NCBI GenBank assembly: GCA_041659405.1
Contig: JBAZYK010000011.1
Coordinates: forward strand, 31,674-63,673
From: Candidatus Altimarinota bacterium
GTDB taxonomy: Bacteria; Patescibacteriota; Gracilibacteria; UBA1369
Direction: 5' to 3'
Length of the DNA stretch: 32,000 bases
Shown: positions 9,940 to 18,562 of the stretch, piece after piece
How the letters are laid out: every line of letters begins with the position of its first letter
How positions within the stretch are numbered: the first letter of the stretch is position 1
Made by a program: the position numbers and the translations under genes
The notes under the pieces: generated by a model
Databases searched by the model: none
Told to the model about the DNA's origin: nothing
The model's input: the letters and a program-made list of their open reading frames with translations, nothing else

Positions 9940-11262
9940 CTAAGAACAAATACAGGTCAAAGTTAAACTTTGCACGCCGCGATCCATCAACGCCTTTGCA
10001 ACCTTTTCTCTTGGAGTATTTTCATCAAAAACAAGCGCTCCATTAAAACGGAAAGTCTCGTTTTCATAAGACAAAGAAGCAATATTCAAAAGCTGTTCAG
10101 ATGTTCCAAGTTTGGCAATTGGCAGAATTTTTTCTCTAAATTCAGCTTCGGTTCCTTTAAAAGTTCCGGTAAAACCAAGCAAAGATTTTTTGATCTGCTG
10201 ATTTCTAACCTGACACACAAACACAAAAGTCGCGGTCATGCGGAAATTAGGATCAATGAAATAGTACTCCCCTTTCTCCGTAATCAGCACATCCAAACCA
10301 CCAACGCCATACCAGCCTTTTGCTCGCACCTTAGGCAAAATATCGTCCTTGATCAAAGCAAAAAGATCCTGTAATTCCGACCTGTCAAAATCCGGAGTTA
10401 CCATTCCACCCAAAAACTCTCCACATTTCCCGATCACCTGTTCATTAAAACCAATAATGTCGATTTCCTTTTTCGGATCAGCCGGAATCCCAAACTGAAT
10501 GCACAGATTTCTTAAAGAATGAATAAATTGATAAATAATGACATGCCCATCCAAATCCTTAAACACCTCTTTGGCACTCTTAAGATCCTCAGACGTATGA
10601 CAAATTCGCACACCATCACCCGCGCTGGAAGAACTCATTTTAACGACACAGGGAAAAGGATATTCCTGAATACTTGCCGCAAAATCCTTTCCGCTAAAAA
10701 AGTGGTTATATTCAGCAGGTAAATTATGAGCGGGAATATAATAACTAAGATTTTCTTTATCATTCAGCCACACCGTAACTTCCGGCGGAATTTGGTAAAA
10801 ACTTTTCAGGTCCTTATCCAAAAAAGGCTGGGCCATCATCAATTTACCTTCACATTTCAGATTCTTAATTGCTGATTTAACCGCACGATTTCTGTCCTTA
10901 CCCACAAGATCAAAATTGATCACCTCGGGCAAAACAATCACCTCGGAAGGATCAAGAGGTTCTGCACCCATTTCGGACAATAACCCTAAAATATTTGGAG
11001 AATAAACAGCAGAAAATGTCATTACTTTCACATCAGGACCGGCGCAAAGCAAAGGACGCCCGGCAACCAGCTCCTCCACCCATGGCGGAATATTATTAAA
11101 AAAGCCCGATTCTTCTCCGGCAGGGAAAGAGTAAAAATACAAAGTATCTGCAGGAAAGTAACGGGACAGAGTATACGTTTTGTGGCTTAACGCCGGTAAA
11201 GGATCTTCTTCTTTATTCTTTCTCAATAAACTATTAGCTACGGTTTTATGACTTTTAGTCAT
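9940..11262 (-). CDS. ATP-grasp-like ligase, specificity unknown
   Basis: Central CVVKMSSSSAGDGVRICHTSEDLKSAKEVF resembles the ATP-grasp phosphate-binding region. The track start at 11295 is a TTG; the ATG at 11262 is preferred. Confidence 0.6.
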   Translation of the reverse strand: MTKSHKTVANSLLRKNKEEDPLPALSHKTYTLSRYFPADTLYFYSFPAGEESGFFNNIPPWVEELVAGRPLLCAGPDVKVMTFSAVYSPNILGLLSEMGAEPLDPSEVIVLPEVINFDLVGKDRNRAVKSAIKNLKCEGKLMMAQPFLDKDLKSFYQIPPEVTVWLNDKENLSYYIPAHNLPAEYNHFFSGKDFAASIQEYPFPCVVKMSSSSAGDGVRICHTSEDLKSAKEVFKDLDGHVIIYQFIHSLRNLCIQFGIPADPKKEIDIIGFNEQVIGKCGEFLGGMVTPDFDRSELQDLFALIKDDILPKVRAKGWYGVGGLDVLITEKGEYYFIDPNFRMTATFVFVCQVRNQQIKKSLLGFTGTFKGTEAEFREKILPIAKLGTSEQLLNIASLSYENETFRFNGALVFDENTPREKVAKALMDRGVQSLTLTCICS

Positions 11263-11427
11263 ATAATCGACGTAAAAAAAATTTAAGTACAACAAGGTTA
11301 CTCTTTTTACCCTAAAAAAACAAGCCTCAGGCCTTCTAAAACGACGGCCATCTCATCCAAGGCTTGCCAGAAAGCTCAATGCCATATACCATGCGTTTAG
11401 TTAAAAATTAGAAAAAAATCACCTCAT

Positions 11428-11502
11428 AGGCCCTTCGTATAACGGCTAGTACAAAGGTTTCCAAAACCTTTAGCGCGGGTTCGACTCCTGCAGGGCCTGC
11501 CA
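11428..11502 (+). tRNA. tRNA-Trp (anticodon CCA), CCA encoded
   Basis: Hand-folded cloverleaf: acceptor AGGCCCT/AGGGCCT, D stem GTAT/GTAC, anticodon stem AAGGT/ACCTT with loop TTCCAAA, T loop TTCGACT, discriminator G, CCA. Confidence 0.9.
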
Positions 11503-11519
11503 TTGAGTTTTACAGCTTG

Positions 11520-11548
11520 TTTAAGCTGTTTTTCCAGTGTGCTATACT
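11520..11548 (+). promoter_or_regulatory. Sigma70-like promoter, TTTAAG-N17-TATACT with TGn extension
   Basis: -35 at 11520-11525 and -10 at 11543-11548, preceded by GTGC; 27 nt upstream of the 11575 ATG. Confidence 0.4.
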
Positions 11549-11574
11549 GAAGAAAACAATTTTCTATTTTATAA

Positions 11575-13338
11575 ATGGTTGATCAATTCTGTCAAAATTG
11601 TAAAGGTAAATTTCACATAGAGGATGCTGATATTGAATTTTACAAAAAAATGGATGTTCCATTACCGACCTTTTGCCCAGATTGTCGTTTTCAAAGAAGA
11701 TTAAGTTATCTCAATATCAGAAATTTATATTCAAGAAAGCTGAGTTATTCAGAAAAAAGCGTTATTTCGATATATTCGCCAGATAAAAACTTTAACATAG
11801 TTGAAGACAAAGATTGGTACTCGGATAAATACGATTTTACCAACTTTGGAAAGGATTATGATTTTCATAAGCCCTTTTTTTTACAATTTCGCGAGTTGAT
11901 GGAGCAGGTTCCTTTGCCTCATTTACAGAGACAATATTCAACTTTTGAGAATAGTGATTATTGCAATGCAGCTTCAGGATTAAAAAATTGTTACCTCGTT
12001 TTTAGTGCTGATTTGGATCAGGATTGTTATTATGGATATTCGCTTGAAGAGGCTAAAGATTGCATGGACGTTATTTTTACCAATAAAAGTGAGCTTTGTT
12101 ATGAAGGAGTTAATCTAAAGAACTGTTACAATTGTCTTTTTTGTGAAGACTTGGAAGGGTCAAATGGGATGATATTTTGTCGTGATTGTGTAGGTTGCAA
12201 TGATTGTTTTGGAAGTATTGGCTTGCGTCAAAAATCGTATTACATTTTCAATAAACCGTATTCCAAAGAAGAGTATCAAAAGAAAATTGCTGAATTCAAG
12301 ATGAGTTCTTGGAGTTCATACCAAAAAATAAAAAAAGAGGTGGAAGAGTTTTTCCTCTCCGTTCCACGAAAATTTATTCATGGCAGAAATAATCTTAACG
12401 TTGAAGGTGATTATGTATATCAGTCTAAAAACGTGCAAGAGTCTTTTATGGTGGAAAAAGCGGAAGACTGTAAATTTACGCATTTGCTTAGATATTTAAC
12501 TACCGGCACCAATAATTCTTATGATTATACAATGTATGGTTGTGGAGCTGAGCTTATTTATGAGTCTGCCTGGTGTGGCTTAAACATTCACAATCTTAAG
12601 TTTTCTTTATGGAATTATGGGAGTTCGGATCTGGAGTATTGTTTTGGATGTCATTATTCTACAAATCTTTTTGGTTGCATTGGCTTGCAGCATAAAAAAT
12701 ATTGCATTTTAAACAAGCAATATACCGAAGACGAATACAAAGCGTTATTACCGAAAATAAAAGAGCAGATGAAAAATATTCCGTATAAAGATAAAAAGGG
12801 GAATATTTACCGCTATGGTGAGTTTTTCCCAAATGAATTAAGTCCTTTCGATTATAACCAAACTCTTGCTCAAGAATTTTGCCCCATCACCAAAGAAGAA
12901 AGTTTAAATCAAAATTATGGCTGGTACGAAAATAAAGAACGAGTAATAGGTGATTTTACTCATTGGAAAGACCTGGCTGACGATATTGAATCTGTTGATG
13001 ACAGGGTATTAACCAAACCAATTCTGTGTAAAGCTTACGAAGAGAATTCGGCCGTGGCTTTAAGACATAACTGTAGCCAAATTTTTAAGATTATCCCTCA
13101 AGAATTGGGACTCTATCGAAAAATGGGAGTGCCTCTTCCCAGATACTGCCCTAATACACGTTGCTACCAAAAATTAAAACAATTGAATCCTTTTAAATTG
13201 TGGCAACGTGAATGCACATGTAAAGCGACAACGCATGGACACCCGGATATGTGCGACAAGATTTTTGAAACCAGTTATAAACCCGATCGCAAAGAGATGG
13301 TCCATTGTGAAGAATGTTACTTAAAAGAAGTGTATTAG
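11575..13338 (+). CDS. Cys-rich multi-zinc-ribbon protein, unknown function
   Basis: 587 aa with many CxxC pairs. The N-terminal FYKKMDVPLPTFCPDCRFQRRL recurs near the C-terminus as LYRKMGVPLPRYCPNTRCYQKL. An internal FG(S/C)IGL..K.Y.I.NK.Y..(E/D)EY repeat occurs twice. Confidence 0.7.
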   Translation: MVDQFCQNCKGKFHIEDADIEFYKKMDVPLPTFCPDCRFQRRLSYLNIRNLYSRKLSYSEKSVISIYSPDKNFNIVEDKDWYSDKYDFTNFGKDYDFHKPFFLQFRELMEQVPLPHLQRQYSTFENSDYCNAASGLKNCYLVFSADLDQDCYYGYSLEEAKDCMDVIFTNKSELCYEGVNLKNCYNCLFCEDLEGSNGMIFCRDCVGCNDCFGSIGLRQKSYYIFNKPYSKEEYQKKIAEFKMSSWSSYQKIKKEVEEFFLSVPRKFIHGRNNLNVEGDYVYQSKNVQESFMVEKAEDCKFTHLLRYLTTGTNNSYDYTMYGCGAELIYESAWCGLNIHNLKFSLWNYGSSDLEYCFGCHYSTNLFGCIGLQHKKYCILNKQYTEDEYKALLPKIKEQMKNIPYKDKKGNIYRYGEFFPNELSPFDYNQTLAQEFCPITKEESLNQNYGWYENKERVIGDFTHWKDLADDIESVDDRVLTKPILCKAYEENSAVALRHNCSQIFKIIPQELGLYRKMGVPLPRYCPNTRCYQKLKQLNPFKLWQRECTCKATTHGHPDMCDKIFETSYKPDRKEMVHCEECYLKEVY

Positions 13339-13354
13339 CAGCTTATTCAAGCCA

Positions 13355-13543
13355 TCAATCCTCTTCACCAGACTTTGTAACACCTTCTCCTGAAATAAAA
13401 TTTCCCGCCAGGGCTTGTTTGATTTGGCGATCCACTTCTATAAGAGCCGCCTTAACTTCTAAACCACTAGCTGCCAAAGCACAGACCATTGCTCTTTTTC
13501 CAAGCAAAAGATCTAAAAATGATGTATCCTGATATCCTTCCAT
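13355..13543 (-). CDS. Small hypothetical protein, 62 aa
   Basis: ATG ORF starting 14 nt after the cupin stop on the same strand, with a protein-like amphipathic sequence. It competes with the + ORF 13314..13532, which overlaps the preceding gene. Confidence 0.35.
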   Translation of the reverse strand: MEGYQDTSFLDLLLGKRAMVCALAASGLEVKAALIEVDRQIKQALAGNFISGEGVTKSGEED

Positions 13544-13557
13544 TTAATTATAAATTA

Positions 13558-13971
13558 TTAACGAACCGCCTGTCCAAAAGCTTCGTCCTCTACATCAGCT
13601 TTTTCGTCAGCTATAGTGTGTTGAACGCGACCATCAATATGATTTGGTGGAGCGTACGTCGTGAAGATTTGCAAAGGAACGGTTCCGGTATTTACAAAAT
13701 TATGCAAAGTCCCCGGAGTCACCACGACCACATCCCCCGGACCAACCGGAGATTTTTTCCCATCCAAACTTGCTTCCCCTGTCCCCGATTGAAAGTACAA
13801 TGTTTGTTCAACGTGCTGATGGGTTTCTTCACCAACTTCCCCACCCACAGGAATACTCATCACAACCAACTGGGATTTTGCCCCTGTAAATAAAACATGA
13901 CGAAAATCCTGGTTATCTGCTGTCGCTTTTACAATGTTTGTCTGAAATGACGCAATATGTGGAGTTTCCAT
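13558..13971 (-). CDS. Cupin domain protein
   Basis: Both cupin motifs are present: GEETHQHVEQTLYFQSG and GDVVVVTPGTLHNFVN. The ATG at 13971 is chosen because the track start at 14064 would overlap the sortase gene. Confidence 0.8.
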   Translation of the reverse strand: METPHIASFQTNIVKATADNQDFRHVLFTGAKSQLVVMSIPVGGEVGEETHQHVEQTLYFQSGTGEASLDGKKSPVGPGDVVVVTPGTLHNFVNTGTVPLQIFTTYAPPNHIDGRVQHTIADEKADVEDEAFGQAVR

Positions 13972-13996
13972 TTTTGGAAAGATTAAAAAATAAATT

Positions 13997-14641
13997 TCAT
14001 TCTTTATCGGCAAAGATAACCAACCGTTTGGAATATTGTTTGGCATTTTTATCCCACACCCCATCGCAAGTAATCAGATTTAGATGAGCTTTTCCATCGC
14101 TTGATTTAAAGACATCGGTCGCATCCGCCGCAGCGGCATACATGCGGCTTCCACGAACCACAAAAGAAATGATCGCTCCTTTGTCATCCTGAACCGTAAT
14201 CTTATCGCCCGGCTTAACCTTGCGCAGATCGGCAAACACGCCGGTAGCGCCATAATACCAGTTAACATGACCATCAATGGCCGCGCTGCCAATTTCCCCC
14301 GGACGAGGCCCCAATTCATACCAGCCGGCATCAAGAGGCTGTTTGGGCACACCCATCGATCCGTCAGTCTTCAAACCCACTTTTTCGATCACGGCATCCA
14401 CCTTAATGCTTGGAATCTTAATATTCACCGGAACGCCAATACTTTCCCCAATGGCAAGAAGGTGATTGGAAACAACCGAATCAGTCTTCAAACCAACATT
14501 CATATTCACGGATGCGCCAACATTCCCCAACAAAGGACGCAAAGGCACGTTGTACCAAAACACAACTACGCATATCACCAATATTATAACTACCACGGAA
14601 AATATCCGGATTTTAATTTGATTTGATAATTTCTTAGGCAT
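13997..14641 (-). CDS. Sortase family transpeptidase (class E/F-like)
   Basis: N-terminal TM anchor, catalytic His context AIDGHV, LNLITCDG (TLxTC variant) and a downstream Arg (KRLVIFA). Confidence 0.8.
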   Translation of the reverse strand: MPKKLSNQIKIRIFSVVVIILVICVVVFWYNVPLRPLLGNVGASVNMNVGLKTDSVVSNHLLAIGESIGVPVNIKIPSIKVDAVIEKVGLKTDGSMGVPKQPLDAGWYELGPRPGEIGSAAIDGHVNWYYGATGVFADLRKVKPGDKITVQDDKGAIISFVVRGSRMYAAAADATDVFKSSDGKAHLNLITCDGVWDKNAKQYSKRLVIFADKE

Positions 14642-14677
14642 AAATCCTCCTGTTAAGGAAATTGCTCATGAAGTCTA

Positions 14678-15085
14678 TTAAGCCGCGCGCTTTTTCTCCT
14701 CCCTGCCGTTCAAATAAACCCGCATTTCCGGCTGAATCTGGACGCGAACCGGGCCTTCTTCCGTTTCCATATTCATCTGGAAAAATTTAGGTGGAAGTTC
14801 CGAAATAAGTTCAAAAAGCTTTTTATTCATGTGAGCCACCTCTTCTTCTTTTCTAACCTTCATTTCCTGCAATTTCATATATTGTTCCTCTTTCAAAAGA
14901 TCCTGCATCCATTTATCCTCAACATCTTTAACCTGAGCCTTTAAATCTTTATAGGCTTTTTTAAGATCAACATAGTCTTCAGTATCGATTTTCTCGTCAA
15001 ACTTCATATCTTTTCTGATGTCCTTCAGTTCATCCTTCAACTTTTTAAGCTCCTTCAGAGCCAGAGAAATTTTATCTTCAATCAT
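14678..15085 (-). CDS. Coiled-coil hypothetical protein
   Basis: Lys/Glu-rich heptad-like sequence. The ATG at 15085 is preferred over the GTG at 15106. Confidence 0.5.
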   Translation of the reverse strand: MIEDKISLALKELKKLKDELKDIRKDMKFDEKIDTEDYVDLKKAYKDLKAQVKDVEDKWMQDLLKEEQYMKLQEMKVRKEEEVAHMNKKLFELISELPPKFFQMNMETEEGPVRVQIQPEMRVYLNGREEKKRAA

Positions 15086-15164
15086 AGTAAAAAATAAATG
15101 AGCCACGACAGTCTAGCAGTTTCCCACGGTCTATCAATTACAATCCCTTGCTAAAACTGACAAT

Positions 15165-15283
15165 AATCTTTTTCGATCGTTTCAAAAATCCGAACTTCGG
15201 CTGAGAGCACCTCGCAGGCGTGAGCCGAGAACTGTGCTCGAAGACGAAGTTTGGATTTTTGAAACCCTTAGTTGAAAAAGATT
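15165..15283. other. Long imperfect hairpin (about 119 nt) in an intergenic region
   Basis: Outer AATCTTTTTC (15165-15174) pairs with GAAAAAGATT (15274-15283). Middle TTTCAAAAATCCGAACTTCG (15180-15199) pairs with CGAAGTTTGGATTTTTGAAA (15245-15264), with one G:U on the plus strand. Inner stem is GAGCAC/GTGCTC. Confidence 0.55.
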
Positions 15284-15323
15284 AAAGAATCTTTAGAAAG
15301 ATTAAGGAATTTTTTCATTAAGA

Positions 15324-17234
15324 TTATTGGCTCTTCACCAAAACATACCCGCTGAAGTCGATTTCACTTTCCGAAACCGCCTTGGAATTGAAAATTATGC
15401 CCTTAAAAGGTTTGAAATAGGATTCAAGTACAAGCTGATCGGCTTTAACTTGTGCCGAATTGGCAGCGCCAATAGAAGGATCGGAAGATGCAGTTCCCAT
15501 GATCGCGCCAATATCTCCAAAATGACTAATATATTGAGCAACAACCTTCGGTGAAAAATAAACAAAATTCGACAAAGACTTTCCCATAGCCGTCTGCGTA
15601 TCTTTAAAATCAGCATCATTCGCCAACGTCTTGGCATTCACCTCAAAATCCTGATCAAAATGTGGATAAAAAGCCACAAAAGCCAGATTATCTTTGCTAA
15701 CTCCGTACCACAATTCCAAAGGCGTATTCAACAAAAGCTGCGTTAACGGCGACGAAGATTTGGATTCAAGCCCCTCCGACTTAAAGCGCAAAACATGAAC
15801 CTTACTTCCATCTGCCAAAATGCCATCTTCAAACACAAACCCTTGCACAATATTTTTATATTTTTGGCCAAGTTGAGTAATCACCTCTTGCAAAAAAATA
15901 TGCAGAGCGTCCACCGTTTTTTGCGCGCCCGCAGGATTGGAAGAAGCATCAACATAAAAGGCCAAATTTGGCATAAAATTGCCACTATCCCGCCAAACAA
16001 AGCTGTTACCTTTATCCAAAAATGAAAGAACATCTTTTTCAAAATCAAGCCCTTTAGAAGCAAAAAATTGCTGTATTTTACCTTTAAGATCAGCCACTTT
16101 ATACATTTTCTCAAAAACAGCCAACTCAATATTCAAAAGCGATTTCAAGTCACTGTTTTCAACATACATCAAAGCCTTATCAACCGGAATTTTTTTATAA
16201 AGATAAGGATCGGAATGAGGCAAAGTCAAAAAATTGATCTTATTATTTTTCAAAACCTGCGCATCACCAAATTCCCGGCCCAAAATGCGTAAACCATTAG
16301 GCTCAGCGGAAAAAGCATAATACATTCCCTGCAAAGCCTGAAAATATTTTTCTTCATCCAAATAAGAAGTGGAAGCCTGTGTCGCCGCCTGCCCGCCCAC
16401 CTGCGAACCGCCATACATTGCCGGACTAACACCTTTTGGATCCACAAACATAAATCCCACATTCGCCGGCATTTGCGCTAAACTTTTTTGATAAAATTCA
16501 TTATCCAACAAAGAGGCGGAAACATCCTGATAACGGTCAATTGTCGACTTTAATCCTTCCAGCGAATTTGTCACAACCAAAGCATCACCAAGTCTGGTAA
16601 TAAATATTTTGGTCCCGCCTTTTTGGAAAAAAGTTACACCACGATAATTATCCTGCAAAGCACCATTATTATTCGCCAACTTCCGGGCAACCTGATCAAC
16701 TTTTTCAACATCCAAAATTGGCATTACCAATTCCATATCCATCACCCCCTGCCCGCCCGAACTCGGCTGAGGAAAACTTCTCATCCCAACCATAAAATGG
16801 ACCTTATCACCTAAAATCGGCTTTAAATCGGCAGCATAAGTCACGCCATAAGCACTTAAAGCTTGATCCAATCCCTTATAAAACTGATCCTGAACATTTT
16901 GAATAATAGATGCGCCTCCGGTTGAGGTCGTCCCGCCGGGCACTTCATTCATAAAAGGCAAATTTCGGAAAATTAAACCCAAATTATTAAGCTGAGTTGC
17001 GTCATTTGTGCCAACCTTAATCACCAAACCGGAATCTTTTGAAAGAAGCATTTCCAGCGGAATTCCCTGCGTTGTTTTTAAAGCGGAAGGCTTATTCGGA
17101 AGAGCTTTTTGGCAACCGGACATCAAAAAAAACATTGCCCCAAGCACCAAAAACAAAAAAACACCTTTAAATAAAAGGAGAAACTCACGAATAACAACAT
17201 TGAAGTTCGCTTTACTCGCAGTAGAAATAAGCAC
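15324..17234 (-). CDS. Large putative lipoprotein, unknown function
   Basis: Hydrophobic leader ending in the lipobox-like LMSGC. The track start at 17348 overlaps rpmG, so the in-frame GTG at 17234 is proposed; the exact start is uncertain. Confidence 0.6.
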   Translation of the reverse strand: MLISTASKANFNVVIREFLLLFKGVFLFLVLGAMFFLMSGCQKALPNKPSALKTTQGIPLEMLLSKDSGLVIKVGTNDATQLNNLGLIFRNLPFMNEVPGGTTSTGGASIIQNVQDQFYKGLDQALSAYGVTYAADLKPILGDKVHFMVGMRSFPQPSSGGQGVMDMELVMPILDVEKVDQVARKLANNNGALQDNYRGVTFFQKGGTKIFITRLGDALVVTNSLEGLKSTIDRYQDVSASLLDNEFYQKSLAQMPANVGFMFVDPKGVSPAMYGGSQVGGQAATQASTSYLDEEKYFQALQGMYYAFSAEPNGLRILGREFGDAQVLKNNKINFLTLPHSDPYLYKKIPVDKALMYVENSDLKSLLNIELAVFEKMYKVADLKGKIQQFFASKGLDFEKDVLSFLDKGNSFVWRDSGNFMPNLAFYVDASSNPAGAQKTVDALHIFLQEVITQLGQKYKNIVQGFVFEDGILADGSKVHVLRFKSEGLESKSSSPLTQLLLNTPLELWYGVSKDNLAFVAFYPHFDQDFEVNAKTLANDADFKDTQTAMGKSLSNFVYFSPKVVAQYISHFGDIGAIMGTASSDPSIGAANSAQVKADQLVLESYFKPFKGIIFNSKAVSESEIDFSGYVLVKSQ

Positions 17235-17253
17235 TTCGTGCGTGGGGGTTAGA

Positions 17254-17436
17254 TTACTTAGCCGCTTTCTTAAGATCTTTCCTTTTGTGAACTGTACGAG
17301 TTTTACTCTGCTTGCAGAACTTGCTGAGCTCCTTCTTGATTTTGTCATTGCTCTTTTTGTTGTAAGCAGTCACATAATTCGCTCTGCCACATTCGGAACA
17401 ATACCACGCAGTATATTGACTTTTTCCTTTTGCCAT
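17254..17436 (-). CDS. rpmG: 50S ribosomal protein L33
   Basis: MAKGKSQYTAWYCSECGRANYVTAYNKK...TRTVHKRKDLKK. This is the typical L33 zinc-ribbon pattern and size when started at the ATG at 17436. Confidence 0.9.
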   Translation of the reverse strand: MAKGKSQYTAWYCSECGRANYVTAYNKKSNDKIKKELSKFCKQSKTRTVHKRKDLKKAAK

Positions 17437-17489
17437 AAAAATAAACGAAAAATAAAAGCAGAGCAATCATAGCCAATTTTGGCTTTAAG

Positions 17490-18386
17490 TCAATCTTTTT
17501 TTACGTGATTTTTGATTAATGCAAGAATATTTGGCAATTTTTGTTGAAAAAACAGGCCAAACAACACCAGCAGCAACACAATCAAAATAGTCAAAACAAG
17601 GCTGTAAGAAGGGATAAACGCCGGATCAAAAAGATTCGTGGAAAGATCATGGCTCGTAAGACCTGCCTGGATTCCATCCGTTGGACCGACCACAGCCAAC
17701 GTAGCCAATGGATCAGAGACATCCGTTCCCGCCGGCTCAGCCACAACCGAACCATCACCCGCCGGAGCCTCAACCGCAATTTTGGACTGGACATCTTTAG
17801 ACGGGGAATCCTGCAATTTCTGAGGTTGAACCACTTGCGCCCCCAACAAAGACACCAAATCAAATTGCCCATCCTGCCAGGAAACCGCACTTAGATCTTT
17901 TCTTCCAGCGTCAAAAACACTCAAAACCTTACGATCAAAATGGAATAATAGATTTTGATTAAGATCAGACTTGGGCAAACTCAAATAAAAAGAGACAATT
18001 TTACCATCCTTAAAAGTTATTACTGAACCCTGCTTAAAAGTTAACCCAAAAACAACACGCGCCGGATTTGTTTTAAAAGTTGCCAAACTCAAAACTTTTT
18101 CCGGATTATTTAAATCCGCGCTCAATTCAAACTTTTGATATGCCCAATTTTTCAGAAAGTTAGTAGATTCGCCCGTAAACTCACTCGGATTTTTCGCAGA
18201 GAAACCGGTAGTCACAGGCACTTTGTACGCAATGGAAATTTCAAACGCAGTTCCAAGGAAATTTTTGGGCAAATCTTTTCCCATGACATCCAAGCGAAAA
18301 GGAACCGACTGGGTATCCAAATGACTAGTCGCCCCGGATTGATTTAATGGCACCAAATCAACATACAAAACAGTGGAGGTATTCAT
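17490..18386 (-). CDS. Hypothetical protein with a C-terminal TM anchor (tail-anchored or surface protein)
   Basis: C-terminal SYSLVLTILIVLLLVLFGLFF followed by a basic tail. The ATG at 18386 is chosen because the upstream extension runs through a GC-rich hairpin. Confidence 0.55.
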   Translation of the reverse strand: MNTSTVLYVDLVPLNQSGATSHLDTQSVPFRLDVMGKDLPKNFLGTAFEISIAYKVPVTTGFSAKNPSEFTGESTNFLKNWAYQKFELSADLNNPEKVLSLATFKTNPARVVFGLTFKQGSVITFKDGKIVSFYLSLPKSDLNQNLLFHFDRKVLSVFDAGRKDLSAVSWQDGQFDLVSLLGAQVVQPQKLQDSPSKDVQSKIAVEAPAGDGSVVAEPAGTDVSDPLATLAVVGPTDGIQAGLTSHDLSTNLFDPAFIPSYSLVLTILIVLLLVLFGLFFQQKLPNILALIKNHVKKD

Positions 18387-18480
18387 AAATAATGATTTAA
18401 ATTTATAATTTTTCAGAAATTTGACCTTAAACTTATTCGACCACAAAGGTCGGACCACCAACCAATCCCCGCCCCCAAGA

Positions 18481-18553
18481 GGACTTCCCTGCCCGCGCAT
18501 TCTTGAGTCCGCGCTCTACCGCGCTTTGACTCACGCACAAAACAGGGAAGTCC
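18481..18553. other. GC-rich nested hairpin
   Basis: GGACTTCCCTG (18481-18491) pairs with CAGGGAAGTCC (18543-18553). Inner TGAGTC (18504-18509) pairs with GACTCA (18528-18533) around CGCG..CGCG. It lies 10 nt 3' of the 18563 stop. Confidence 0.55.
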
Positions 18554-18562
18554 AATCAAGCA

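Noticed and set aside
13314-13532. 72-aa plus-strand ORF after the Cys-rich gene.
   Set aside because: It overlaps the 3' end of the 11575..13338 gene in another frame and is Ser/Ala/Pro low-complexity. The opposite-strand 62-aa ORF is a (weakly) better candidate.
17235-17348. The 674-aa ORF as given in the track (start 17348).
   Set aside because: The first ~32 codons (to 17254) overlap the rpmG coding region in another frame and the rest lie just upstream of the GTG at 17234; none of it looks protein-like. The lipoprotein-type leader begins downstream, so the start was moved to about 17234.
18387-18500. N-terminal extension of the 336-aa ORF (MRGQGSPLGGGDW...).
   Set aside because: It is read from the flank of the GC-rich hairpin at 18481-18553 and the low-complexity sequence downstream of it. 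The ATG at 18386 gives a sensible start.
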